Shown: in pieces, positions 1 to 12,400 of the stretch
Numbering within the stretch: position 1 is the stretch's first letter
Layout: each line of letters opens with the position of its first letter
NCBI RefSeq assembly: GCF_009914755.1
Contig: NC_060948.1
Direction: 5' to 3' (one strand)
Origin: the human T2T-CHM13v2.0 reference genome, Homo sapiens
Length of the DNA stretch: 64,000 nt
Translations under genes and position numbers: made by a program
The notes under the pieces: model-generated
Databases searched by the model: none
The model's input: only the letters and a program-made list of their open reading frames with translations
Told to the model about the DNA's origin: nothing

Positions 1-207
1 AGGAGTGGAATGGGAAGAAATGGAATTGAACGGAGTGGAGTGGAGTGGAATGGGGGATAATGGAGTGGAGTAGAGTGGAGTGGAGTAGAGTGGAATGGGT
101 TGGAGTGTAATGCAGAGTACAGGAGTGGAGTGCGGTGGACTGGAGTGGAGTGGAGTTGAGTGGAGTGGATTGGATTGAAATAGAGCGGAGCAGAGTGGAA
201 TGGAATT

Positions 208-3075
208 GAATCACATGGTATTGAATCAAATCGAATGGAATTAAATCGAATGAAAAAATGGAATCAAAAGCAAACGAATGGAGTCAAACATCATTGGTTA
301 AACTGACATCGAAAAATATCAAATGAAATGTGGTGAAGTGGAGTGGAGTGTAATGAAATGGGGTGGAATGAAATTGAATGGAGTGGAGTGGATTGGAGTC
401 TACTGGAGTGGAATGGAACGGAATGCAAAGGAATGGAATAGAATGCAGTGAAGTGCAGTGCAGTGAAATGGAGTGGAAAGGAATGGAATGGAATGGAATG
501 GAATGGAACGGAATCAAATGGTATCGAAGTGAATCGAATCTAATGAAATTGATCGGAAAAAATGGAATGGAGTAGAATCGAATAAGATGGATTCAAAGGC
601 AACAAATAGAATTGAATGGAATGCGGTGAGGTTGAGGGCATTGGAATGGAGTTGAATGGAATGGGGTATAATTGAATTGAATGGAGTGGAGTGGATTGTA
701 GTGGACTGGAGTGGAATGGAAAGGAATGGGCAGGAATGGAATTGAAATGGGTGAATTGGAATTGAGTGCTGTGGATTGGAGTAGACTGCATTCTAGTGGA
801 TTGGAGTGGAAAGAAGTGGAGTGGAATGGAATGGAATGCAATGGAGTGGAGTGGAATGGAATGGAGTGGAGTAGAATGGAATTTAATGGAGTGGAGTGGA
901 ATTGAGTGGAATGGAGAGTAATGGAGTGGAGTGGACTGGAGCGAAGTGGAGTGTAGTGCATTGGACTGTAGGGGATTGAAGTGGCTTGGAGTGCAATGGA
1001 GTGGAGTGGAATGGAATGTAATGGAATGGAATGGAATGGAATGGAATGGAGTGGAATGGAATCGAATCACATGGAACTGAATCAAATCGAATTGAATGAA
1101 ATTGAATGGAAAAAATGGAATGAAATGGAATCAAATCGAATGGATTCGAATGACATTGAATGGAATCGAAAGGAATGCAGTGAGGTGGAGTTGAGTGGAG
1201 TGGAGTGGAATGGAATGGGATGAATGGAATTGACTGGAGAGGAGTGGAATGGAATGGAATGGAAAGGAATGGAATTGAACGAAATGGAGTGTAGTAGAAT
1301 GTAGTGGATTGGAGTGGAGTGCAGGGGAGTGCAGTGGAATGAAGAGGAGTGTAGTTGAATGGAATGGAATGGTATGGAACGTACTGGAATGGAATGGATA
1401 AGAATGGAATGGAATGGAATCGCATGGAATTGAATAGAATGAAATCGAATTGAATAGAATCAAATGGAAAAAATGGAGGCAAATGGAATCGAATGTCATA
1501 GAATCGAACGGTTTTGAATGTCAGTGAATGGAAACGAATGGAATGCGATGAAGTGGAGCGGAGTGGAGTGGAAAGGAGTGCAATGGAATAGGGTGGAACA
1601 GAATTTAATGGAACAGAGTGGATTGGAGTGGACTGGAGTGGAATGGAAAGGGAAGGAATGGGATTGAAAGGAGTGGCGTGCAGTGGAGTGGAGTGGCATG
1701 GAGTGGAGTGGAGTGGAATGGAGTGGAATGGAATGGAGTGGAATGGAGTGGATTGGAATGGAATGGAGTGCAGAGGAATGGAATGGAATGGTATAGAGTG
1801 GACAGGAATGGAGTGGAGTGGATTGGAATGGAATGGAATGTAAGGGAATGGAACTGAATGGACTGGAATGGAATGGAATAGAATGGAATCACAGGGAATC
1901 AAATTGGATTGAATCGAATCGAATGGAGAAAATGAAATCAAATGAAATTGAATAGAATCGAATTGAAAGTAAACAATGGAATCCAATGGAGTCAAATGGA
2001 ATCGAATCAAATGGTTTTGAATGGCATCAAATGAAATGGCATGGAAGGCAGTAAATTGGAGTGGAGTGGAATAGAGAGGAATGAATTGGAATGGAGTGTA
2101 GTGGAATGGAGTGGATTGGATTGGAATGGAATGGAATAGATTGGATTGGAGTGGTGCAGAGTGGAGTGGACTGGAGTGCAGAGGAATGGAGTGGAGTGAA
2201 GTCCAGTTGAGTGGAATGGAATGGAGTGGAGCAGAGTGGAATTCAAAAGAATGAAGTGGATTGGTATGGAATGGAGTGGCGTGGAATGGCGTGGAATAGA
2301 AAGGAAGGGAATCGCATGGAATGATATGAAATCAAATTGAATTGAACGGAAAATTATGAATCCAATGGAATCGAAAGGATTCTAAAGGAATGGATTCGAA
2401 AGACATTGAATGGAATGGAAAGGAATGCAGTGAAGTGGAGTGGAGTGGAGTGGAATGTTTTAGAGTGAACTGGGGTGGATTGGAACTCTATGGCGGGGAG
2501 TGGAGTGAAGTGGATTGGAGTGGAATGGAGTGCAATGGACTGGAGTGGAGTGGAATGGATTGGAGTGGAGTGCAGTGGTTCGGAGTGGAGTGCTGTGGAG
2601 TGGACTAGAGTGGGGTGGAGTGGAGTGCATTGGAGTGGAATGGAACGGAGTGGGGTGGAATGGAATGGAATGGAATCAAATCGCATGGTAATGAATCAAA
2701 TGGAATCAAATCGAATGGAAATAATGGAATCGAAGGGAAACGAATGGAATCGAATTGCACTGATTCTACTGACTTCGAGGAAAATGAAATGAAATGCGGT
2801 GAAGTGGAATGGAGGGAATGTATTAGGGTGGAATGGAATTGAATGGTGTGGAGTGGAGTGGAGTGCCCAGGAGTGGAATGGGAAGAAATGGAATTGAACG
2901 GAGTGGAGTGGAGTGGAATGGGGGATAATGGAGTGGAGTAGAGTGGAGTGGAGTAGAGTGGAATGGGTTGGAGTGTAATGCAGAGTACAGGAGTGGAGTG
3001 CGGTGGACTGGAGTGGAGTGGAGTTGAGTGGAGTGGATTGGATTGAAATAGAGCGGAGCAGAGTGGAATGGAATT
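208..3075 (+). repeat. Seven diverged internal sub-repeats (303-553 bp) composing each 2.87 kb unit
   Basis: A (G/A)AATC(A/G)(C/A)A(T/G)GG motif occurs at 208, 511, 1064, 1417, 1886, 2309 and 2678 (next unit 3076). Each is followed by an A-tract, a GACAT/GGCAT-like motif, an AATGC(A/G)GTGA(A/G)GTGG-like motif ~110-160 bp later, and then a GGAGT-rich block. Confidence 0.8.
480..504 (+). repeat. Variable-length perfect (GGAAT)n tract present once per unit (n=4-8)
   Basis: The tract lies between GGAGTGGAAA and GGAACGGAA in each unit. Counted n values: 5,4,7,7,4,7,4,7,7,6,7,6,4,5,8(interrupted),4,7,7,8,7,8,8,8. Confidence 0.85.
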
Positions 3076-3402
3076 GAATCACATGGTATTGAATCAAATC
3101 GAATGGAATTAAATCGAATCAAAAAATGGAATCAAAAGCAAACGAATGGAGTCAAACCTCATTGGGTAAACTGACATCGAAAAATATCAAATGAAATGTG
3201 GTGAAGTGGAGTGGAGTGTAATGAAATGGGGTGGAATGAAATTGAATGGAGTGGAGTGTATTGGAGTCTACTGGAGTGGAATGGAACGGAATGCAAAGGA
3301 ATGGAATAGAATGCAGTGAAGTGCAGTGCAGTGAAATGGAGTGGAAAGGAATGGAATGGAATGGAATGGAACGGAATCAAATGGTATCGAAGTGAATCGA
3401 AT
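540..3402 (+). repeat. Representative 2863-bp repeat unit (U1, 'A' variant class)
   Basis: The sequence recurs near-identically at 14930-17792. Once-per-unit landmarks include TGATTCTACTGACTTCGAGG (2761), GTGCCCAGG (2862) and EcoRI GAATTC (2239). Confidence 0.95.
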
Positions 3403-6400
3403 CTAATGAAATTGATCGGAAAAAATGGAATGGAGTAGAATCGAATAAGATGGATTCAAAGGCAACAAATAGAATTGAATGGAATGCGGTGAGGTGGAGG
3501 GCATTGGAATGGAGTTGAATGGAATGGGGTATAATTGAATTGAATGGAGTGGAGTGGATTGTAGTGGACTGGAGTGGAATGGAACGGAATGGGCAGGAAT
3601 GGAATTGAAAGGGTTGAATTGGAATTGAGTGCTGTGGATTGGAGTAGACTGCATTCTAGTGGATTGGAGTGGAAAGAAGTGGAGTGGAATGGAATGGAAT
3701 GCAATGGAGTGGAGTGGAATGGAATGGAGTGGAGTAGAATGGAATTTAATGGAGTGGAGTGGAATTGAGTGGAATGGAGAGTAATGGAGTGGAGTGGACT
3801 GGAGCGAAGTGGAGTGTAGTGCATTGGACTGTAGGGGATTGAAGTGGCTTGGAGTGCAATGGAGTGGAGTGGAATGGAATGTAATGTAATGGAATGGAAT
3901 GGAATGGAATGGAGTGGAATGGAATCGAATCACATGGAACTGAATCAAATCGAATTGAATGAAATTGAATGGAAAAAATGGAATGAAATGGAATCAAATC
4001 GAATGGATTCGAATGACATTGAATGGAATCGAAAGGAATGCAGTGAGGTGGAGTTGAGTGGAGTGCATTGGAATGGAATGGGATGAATGGAATTGACTGG
4101 AGAGGAGTGGAATGGAATGGAATGGAAAGGAATGGAATTGAACGAAATGGAGTGTAGTAGAATGTAGTGGATTGGAGTGGAGTGCAGGGGAGTGCAGTGG
4201 AATGAAGAGGAGTGTAGTTGAATGGAATGGAATGGTATGGAACGTACTGGAATGGAATGGATAAGAATGGAATGGAATGGAATCGCATGGAATTGAATAG
4301 AATGAAATCGAATTGAATAGAATCAAATGGAAAAAATGGAGGCAAATGGAATCGAATGTCATAGAATCGAACGGTTTTGAATGTCAGTGAATGGAAACGA
4401 ATGGAATGCGATGAAGTGGAGCGGAGTGGAGTGGAAAGGAGTGCAATGGAATAGGGTGGAACAGAATTTAATGGAACAGAGTGGATTGGAGTGGACTGGA
4501 GTGGAATGGAAAGGGAAGGAATGGGATTGAAAGGAGTGGCGTGCAGTGGAGTGGAGTGGCATGGAGTGGAGTGGAGTGGAATGGAGTGGAATGGAATGGA
4601 GTGGAATGGAGTGGATTGGAATGGAATGGAGTGCAGAGGAATGGAATGGAATAGTATAGAGTGGACAGGAATGGAGTGGAGTGGATTGGAATGGAATGGA
4701 TTGTAAGGGAATGGAACTGAATGGACTGGAATGGAATGGAATAGAATGGAATCGCAGGGAATCAAATTGGATTGAATCGAATCGAATGGAGAAAATGAAA
4801 TCAAATGAAATTGAATGGAATCGAATTGAATGTAAACAATGGAATCCAATGGAGTCAAATGGAATCGAATCAAATGGTTTTGAATGGCATCAAATGAAAT
4901 GGCATGGAAGGCAGTGAATTGGAGTGGAGTGGAATAGAGAGGAATGAATTGGAATGGAGTGTAGTGGAATGGAGTGGATTCCAATGGATTGGAGTGGATT
5001 GGATTGGAATGGAATGGAATAGATTGGATTGGAGTGGTGCAGAGTGGAGTGGACTGGAGTGCAGAAGAATGGAGTGGAGTGAAGTCCAGTTGAGTGGAAT
5101 GGAATGGAGTGGAGCAGAGTGGAATTCAAAAGAATGAAATGGATTGGTATGGAATGGAATGGCGTGGAATGGCGTGGAATAGAATGGAATGGAATCGCAT
5201 GGAATGATATGAAATCAAATCGAATTGAACGGAAAATTATGAATCCAATGGAATCGAAAGGATTCTAAAGGAATGGATTCGAAAGGCATTGAATGGAATG
5301 GAAAGGAATGCAGTGAAGTGGAGTGGAGTGGAGTGGAATGTTTTAGAGTGAACTGGGGTGGATTGGAACTCTATGGCGGGGAGTGGAGTGAAGTGGATTG
5401 GAGTGGAATGGAGTGCAATGGACTGGAGCGGAGTGGAATGGATTGGAGTGGAGTGGAGTGGATCGGAGTGGAGTGCTGTGGAGTGGACTAGAGTGGGGTG
5501 GAGTGGAGTGCATTGGAGTGGAATGGAACGGGGTGGGGTGGAATGGAATGGAATGGAATCAAATCGCATGGTAATGAATCAAATGGAATCAAATCGAATG
5601 GAAATAATGGAATCGAAGGGAAACGAATGGAATCGAATTGCACTGATTCTACTGACTTCGAGGAAAATGAAATGAAATGCGGTGAAGTGGAATGGAGGGA
5701 ATGTATTAGGGTGGAATGGAATTGAATGGTGTGGAGTGGAGTGCCCAGGAGTGGAATGGGAACAAAAGGAATTGAACGGAGTGGAGTGCAGTGGAATGGG
5801 GGATAATGGAGTGGAGTAGAGTGGAGTGGAGTAGAGTGGAATGGGTTGGAGTGTAATGCAGAGTACAGGAGTGGAGTGCGGTGGACTGGAGTGGAGTGGA
5901 GTTGAGTGGAGTGGATTGGATTGAAATAGAGCGGAGCAGAGTGGAATGGAATTCAATCACATGGTATTGAATCAAATCGAATGGAATTAAATCGAATGAA
6001 AAAATGGAATCAGAAGCAAACGAATGGAGTCAAACCTCATTGGTTAAACTGACATCGAAAAATATCAAATGAAATGTGGTGAAGTGGAGTGGAGTGTAAT
6101 GAAATGGGGTGGAATGAAATTGAATGGAGTGGAGTGGATTGGAGTCTACTGGAGTGGAATGGAACGGAATGTAAAGGAATGGAATAGAATGCTGTGAAGT
6201 GCAGTGTAGTGAAATGGAGTGGAAAGGAATGGAATGGAATGGAATGGAATGGAATGGAATGGAACGGAATCAAATGGTATCGAAGTGAATCGAATCTAAT
6301 GAAATTGATTGGAAAAAATGGAATGGAGTAGAATCGAATAAGATGGATTCAAAGGCAACAAATAGAATTGAATGGAATGCGGTGAGGTGGAGGGCATTGG

Positions 6401-9400
6401 AATGGAGTTGAATGGAATGGGGTATAATTGAATTGAATGGCGTGGAGTGGATTGTAGTGGACTGGAGTGGAATGGAACGGAATGGGCAGGAATGGAATTG
6501 AAAGGGGTGAATTGGAATTGAGTGCTGTGGATTGGAGTAGACTGCATTCTAGTGGATTGGAGTGGAAAGAAGTGGAGTGGAATGGAATGGAATGCAATGG
6601 AGTTGAGTGGAATGGAATGGAGTGGAGTAGAATGGAATTTAATGGAGTGGAGTGGAATTGAGTGGAATGGAGAGTAATGGAGTGGAGTGGACTGGAGCGA
6701 AGTGGAGTGTAGTGCATTGGACTGTAGGGGATTGAAGTGGCTTGGAGTGCAATGGAGTGGAGTGGAATGGAATGTAATGGAATGGAATGGAATGGAGTGG
6801 AATGGAGTGGAATGGAATCGAATCACATGGAACTGAATCAAATCGAATTGAATGAAATTGAATGGAAAAAATGGAATGAAATGGAATCAAATCGAATGGA
6901 TTCGAATGACATTGAATGGATTCGAAAGGAATGCAGTGAGGTGGAGTTGAGTGGAGTGGAGTGGAATGGAATGGGATGAATGGAATTGACTGGAGAGGAG
7001 TGGAATGGAATGGAATGGAAAGGAATGGAATTGAACGAAATGGAGTGTAGTAGAATGTAGTGGATTGGAGTGGAGTGCAGGGGAGTGCAGTGGAATGAAG
7101 AGGAGTGTAGTTGAATGGAATGGAATGGTATGGAACGTACTGGAATGGAATGGATAAGAATGGAATGGAATGGAATCGCATGGAATTGAATAGAATGAAA
7201 TCGAATTGAATAGAATCAAAAGGAAAAAATGGAGGCAAATGGAATCGAATGTCATAGAATCGAACGGTTTTGAATGTCAGTGAAAGGAAACGAATGGAAT
7301 GCGATGAAGTGGAGCGGAGCGGAGTGGAAAGGAGTGCAATGGAATAGGGTGGAACAGAATTTAATGGAACAGAGTGGATTGGAGTGGACTGGAGTGGAAT
7401 GGAAAGGGAAGGAATGGGATTGAAAGGAGTGGCGTGCAGTGGAGTGGAGTGGCATGGAGTGGAGTGGAGTGGAATGGAGTGGAATGGAATGGAGTGGAAT
7501 GGAGTGGATTGGAATGGAATGGAGTGCAGAGGAATGGAATGGAATGGTATAGAGTGGACAGGAATGGAGTGGAGTGGATTGGAATGGAATGGAATGTAAG
7601 GGAATGGAACTGAATGGACTGGAATGGAATGGAGTAGAATGGAATCACAGGGAATCAAATTGGATTGAATCGAATCGAATGGAGAAAATGAAATCAAATG
7701 AAATTGAATGGAATCGAATTGAATGTAAACAATGGAATCCAATGGAGTCAAATGGAATCGAATCAAATGGTTTTGAATGGCATCAAATGAAATGGCATGG
7801 AAGGCAGTGAATTGGAGTGGAGTGGAATAGAGAGGAATGAATTGGAATGGAGTGTAGTGGAATGGAGTGGATTGGATTGGAATGGAATGGAATAGATTGG
7901 ATTGGAGTGGTGCAGAGTGGAGTGGACTGGAGTGCAGAGGAATGGAGTGGAGTGAAGTCCAGTTGAGTGGAATGGAATGGAGTGGAGCAGAGTGGAATTC
8001 AAAAGAATGAAGTGGATTGGTATGGAATGGAATGGCGTGGAATGGCGTGGAATAGAATGGAATGGAATCGCATGGAATGATATGAAATCAAATCGAATTG
8101 AACGGAAAATTATGAATCCAATGGAATCGAAAGGATTCTAAAGGAATGGATTCGAAAGGCATTGAATGGAATGGAAAGGAATGCAGTGAAGTGGAGTGGA
8201 GTGGAGTGGAATGTTTTAGAGTGAACTGGGGTGGATTGGAACTCTATGGCGGAGAGTGGAGTGAAGTGGATTGGAGTGGAATGGAGTGCAATGGACTGGA
8301 GTGGAGTGGAATGGATTGGAGTGGAGTGGAGTGGATCGGAGTGGAGTGCTGTGGAGTGGACTAGAGTGGGGTGGAGTGGAGTACATTGGAGTGGAATGGA
8401 ACGGAGTGGGGTGGAATTGAATGGAATGGAATCAAATCGCATGGTAATGAATCAAATGGAATCAAATCGAATGGAAATAATGGAATCGAAGGGAAACGAA
8501 TGGAATCGAATTGCACTGATTCTACTGACTTCGAGGAAAATGAAATGAAATGCGGTGAAGTGGAATGGAGGGAATGTATTAGGGTGGAATGGAATTGAAT
8601 GGTGTGGAGTGGAGTGGAGTGCCCAGGAGTGGAATGGGAAGAAATGGAATTGAACGGAGTGGAGTGGAGTGGAATGGGGGATAATGGAGTGGAGTAGAGT
8701 GGAGTGGAGTAGAGTGGAATGGGTTGGAGTGTAATGCAGAGTACAGGAGTGGAGTGCGGTGGACTGGAGTGGAGTGGAGTTGAGTGGAGTGGATTGGATT
8801 GAAATAGAGCGGAGCAGAGTGGAATGGAATTGAATCACATGGTATTGAATCAAATCGAATGGAATTAAATCGAATGAAAAAATGGAATCAAAAGCAAACG
8901 AATGGAGTCAAACATCATTGGTTAAACTGACATCGAAAAATATCAAATGAAATGTGGTGAAGTGGAGTGGAGTGTAATGAAATGGGGTGGAATGAAATTG
9001 AATGGAGTGGAGTGGATTGGAGTCTACTGGAGTGGAATGGAACGGAATGCAAAGGAATGGAATAGAATGCAGTGAAGTGCAGTGCAGTGAAATGGAGTGG
9101 AAAGGAATGGAATGGAATGGAATGGAATGGAATGGAATGGAACGGAATCAAATGGTATCGAAGTGAATCGAATCTAATGAAATTGATCGGAAAAAATGGA
9201 ATGGAGTAGAATCGAATAAGATGGATTCAAAGGCAACAAATAGAATTGAATGGAATGCGGTGAGGTGGAGGGCATTGGAATGGAGTTGAATGGAATGGGG
9301 TATAATTGAATTGAATGGAGTGGAGTGGATTGTAGTGGACTGGAGTGGAATGGAAAGGAATGGGCAGGAATGGAATTGAAATGGGTGAATTGGAATTGAG

Positions 9401-12400
9401 TGCTCTGGATTGGAGTAGACTGCATTCTAGTGGATTGGAGTGGAAAGAAGTGGAGTGGAATGGAATGGAATGCAATGGAGTGGAGTGGAATGGAATGGAG
9501 TGGAGTAGAATGGAATTTAATGGAGTGGAGTGGAATTGAGTGGAATGGAGAGTAATGGAGTGGAGTGGACTGGAGCGAAGTGGAGTGTAGTGCATTGGAC
9601 TGTAGGGGATTGAAGTGGCTTGGAGTGCAATGGAGTGGAGTGGAATGGAATGTAATGGAATGGAATGGAATGGAATGGAATGGAGTGGAATGGAATCGAA
9701 TCACATGGAACTGAATCAAATCGAATTGAATGAAATTGAATGGAAAAAATGGAATGAAATGGAATCAAATCGAATGGATTCGAATGACATTGAATGGAAT
9801 CGAAAGGAATGCAGTGAGGTGGAGTTGAGTGGAGTGGAGTGGAATGGAATGGGATGAATGGAATTGACTGGAGAGGAGTGGAATGGAATGGAATGGAAAG
9901 GAATGGAATTGAACGAAATGGAGTGTAGTAGAATGTAGTGGATTGGAGTGGAGTGCAGGGGAGTGCAGTGGAATGAAGAGGAGTGTAGTTGAATGGAATG
10001 GAATGGTATGGAACGTACTGGAATGGAACGGATAAGAATGGAATGGAATGGAATCGCATGGAATTGAATAGAATGAAATCGAATTGAATAGAATCAAATG
10101 GAAAAAATGGAGGCAAATGGAATCGAATGTCATAGAATCGAACGGTTTTGAATGTCAGTGAATGGAAACGAATGGAATGCGATGAAGTGGAGCGGAGTGG
10201 AGTGGAAAGGAGTGCAATGGAATAGGGTGGAACAGAATTTAATGGAACAGAGTGGATTGGAGTGGACTGGAGTGGAATGGAAAGGGAAGGAATGGGATTG
10301 AAAGGAGTGGCGTGCAGTGGAGTGGAGTGGCATGGAGTGGAGTGGAGTGGAATGGAGTGGAATGGAATGGAGTGGAATGGAGTGGATTGGAATGGAATGG
10401 AGTGCAGAGGAATGGAATGGAATGGTATAGAGTGGACAGGAATGGAGTGGAGTGGATTGGAATGGAATGGAATGTAAGGGAATGGAACTGAATGGACTGG
10501 AATGGAATGGAATAGAATGGAATCACAGGGAATCAAATTGGATTGAATCGAATCGAATGGAGAAAATGAAATCAAATGAAATTGAATGGAATCGAATTGA
10601 AAGTAAACAATGGAATCCAATGGAGTCAAATGGAATCGAATCAAATGGTTTTGAATGGCATCAAATGAAATGGCATGGAAGGCAGTAAATTGGAGTGGAG
10701 TGGAATAGAGAGGAATGAATTGGAATGGAGTGTAGTGGAATGGAGTGGATTGGATTGGAATGGAATGGAATAGATTGGATTGGAGTGGTGCAGAGTGGAG
10801 TGGACTGGAGTGCAGAGGAATGGAGTGGAGTGAAGTCCAGTTGAGTGGAATGGAATGGAGTGGAGCAGAGTGGAATTCAAAAGAATGAAGTGGATTGGTA
10901 TGGAATGGAGTGGCGTGGAATGGCGTGGAATAGAAAGGAAGGGAATCGCATGGAATGATATGAAATCAAATTGAATTGAACGGAAAATTATGAATCCAAT
11001 GGAATCGAAAGGATTCTAAAGGAATGGATTCGAAAGGCATTGAATGGAATGGAAAGGAATGCAGTGAAGTGGAGTGGAGTGGAATGTTTTAGAGTGAACT
11101 GGGGTGGATTGGAACTCTATGGCGGGGAGTGGAGTGAAGTGGATTGGAGTGGAATGGAGTGCAATGGACTGGAGTGGAGTGGAATGGATTGGAGTGGAGT
11201 GCAGTGGTTCGGAGTGGAGTGCTGTGGAGTGGACTAGAGTGGGGTGGAGTGGAGTGCATTGGAGTGGAATGGAACGGAGTGGGGTGGAATGGAATGGAAT
11301 GGAATCAAATCGCATGGTAATGAATCAAATGGAATCAAATCGAATGGAAATAATGGAATCGAAGGGAAACGAATGGAATCGAATTGCACTGATTCTACTG
11401 ACTTCGAGGAAAATGAAATGAAATGCGGTGAAGTGGAATGGAGGGAATGTATTAGGGTGGAATGGAATTGAATGGTGTGGAGTGGAGTGGAGTGCCCAGG
11501 AGTGGAATGGGAAGAAATGGAATTGAACGGAGTGGAGTGGAGTGGAATGGGGGATAATGGAGTGGAGTAGAGTGGAGTGGAGTAGAGTGGAATGGGTTGG
11601 AGTGTAATGCAGAGTACAGGAGTGGAGTGCGGTGGACTGGAGTGGAGTGGAGTTGAGTGGAGTGGATTGGATTGAAATAGAGCGGAGCAGAGTGGAATGG
11701 AATTGAATCACATGGTATTGAATCAAATCGAATGGAATTAAATCGAATGAAAAAATGGAATCAAAAGCAAACGAATGGAGTCAAACATCATTGGTTAAAC
11801 TGACATCGAAAAATATCAAATGAAATGTGGTGAAGTGGAGTGCAGTGTAATGAAATGGGGTGGAATGAAATTGAATGGAGTGGAGTGGATCGGAGTCTAC
11901 TGGAGTGGAATGGAACGGAATGTAAAGGAATGGAATAGACTGCAGTGAAGTGCAGTGCAGTGAAATGGAGTGGAAAGGAATGGAATGGAATGGAATGGAA
12001 CGGAAACAAATGGTATCGAAGTGAATCGAATCTAATGAAATTGATCGGAAAAAATGGAATGGAGTAGAATCGAATAAGATGGATTCAAAGGCAACAAATA
12101 GAATTGAATGGAATGCGGTGAGGTGGAGGGCATTGGAATGGAGTTGAATGGAATGGGGTATAATTGAATTGAATGGATTGGAGTGGATTGTAGTGGACTG
12201 GAGTGGAATGGAACGGAATGGGCAGGAATGGAATTGAAAGGGGTGAATTGGAATTGAGTGCTGTGGATTGGAGTAGACTGCATTCTAGTGGATTGGAGTG
12301 GAAAGAAGTGGAGTGGAATGGAATGGAATGCAATGGAGTGGAGTGGAATGGAATGGAGTGGAGTAGAATGGAATTTAATGGAGTGGAGTGGAATTGAGTG

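Noticed and set aside
2239-2400. Possible heat-shock elements (GAA/TTC-containing motifs such as GGAATTCAAAAGAA and GGATTCGAA)
   Set aside because: The spacing does not fit the canonical nGAAnnTTCnnGAAn inverted array. I found no three-unit HSE by eye.
2688-2698. TAATGAATCA resembling a DUX4 site
   Set aside because: It is one base shorter than the TAAYYYAATCA consensus and lacks the pyrimidine spacer.
2752-2790. Non-pentameric-looking stretch GAATTGCACTGATTCTACTGACTTCGAGG as a possible inserted element
   Set aside because: It is present in every unit at the position of a module head and aligns with the other heads' GGATTC..GACAT motif. It has no target-site duplication or transposon hallmark.
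208-3075. Conserved head plus variable tail modules superficially resembling a CRISPR repeat-spacer array
   Set aside because: The heads are >100 bp and diverged, the 'spacers' are pentamer satellite repeated identically in each unit, and there are no cas genes.
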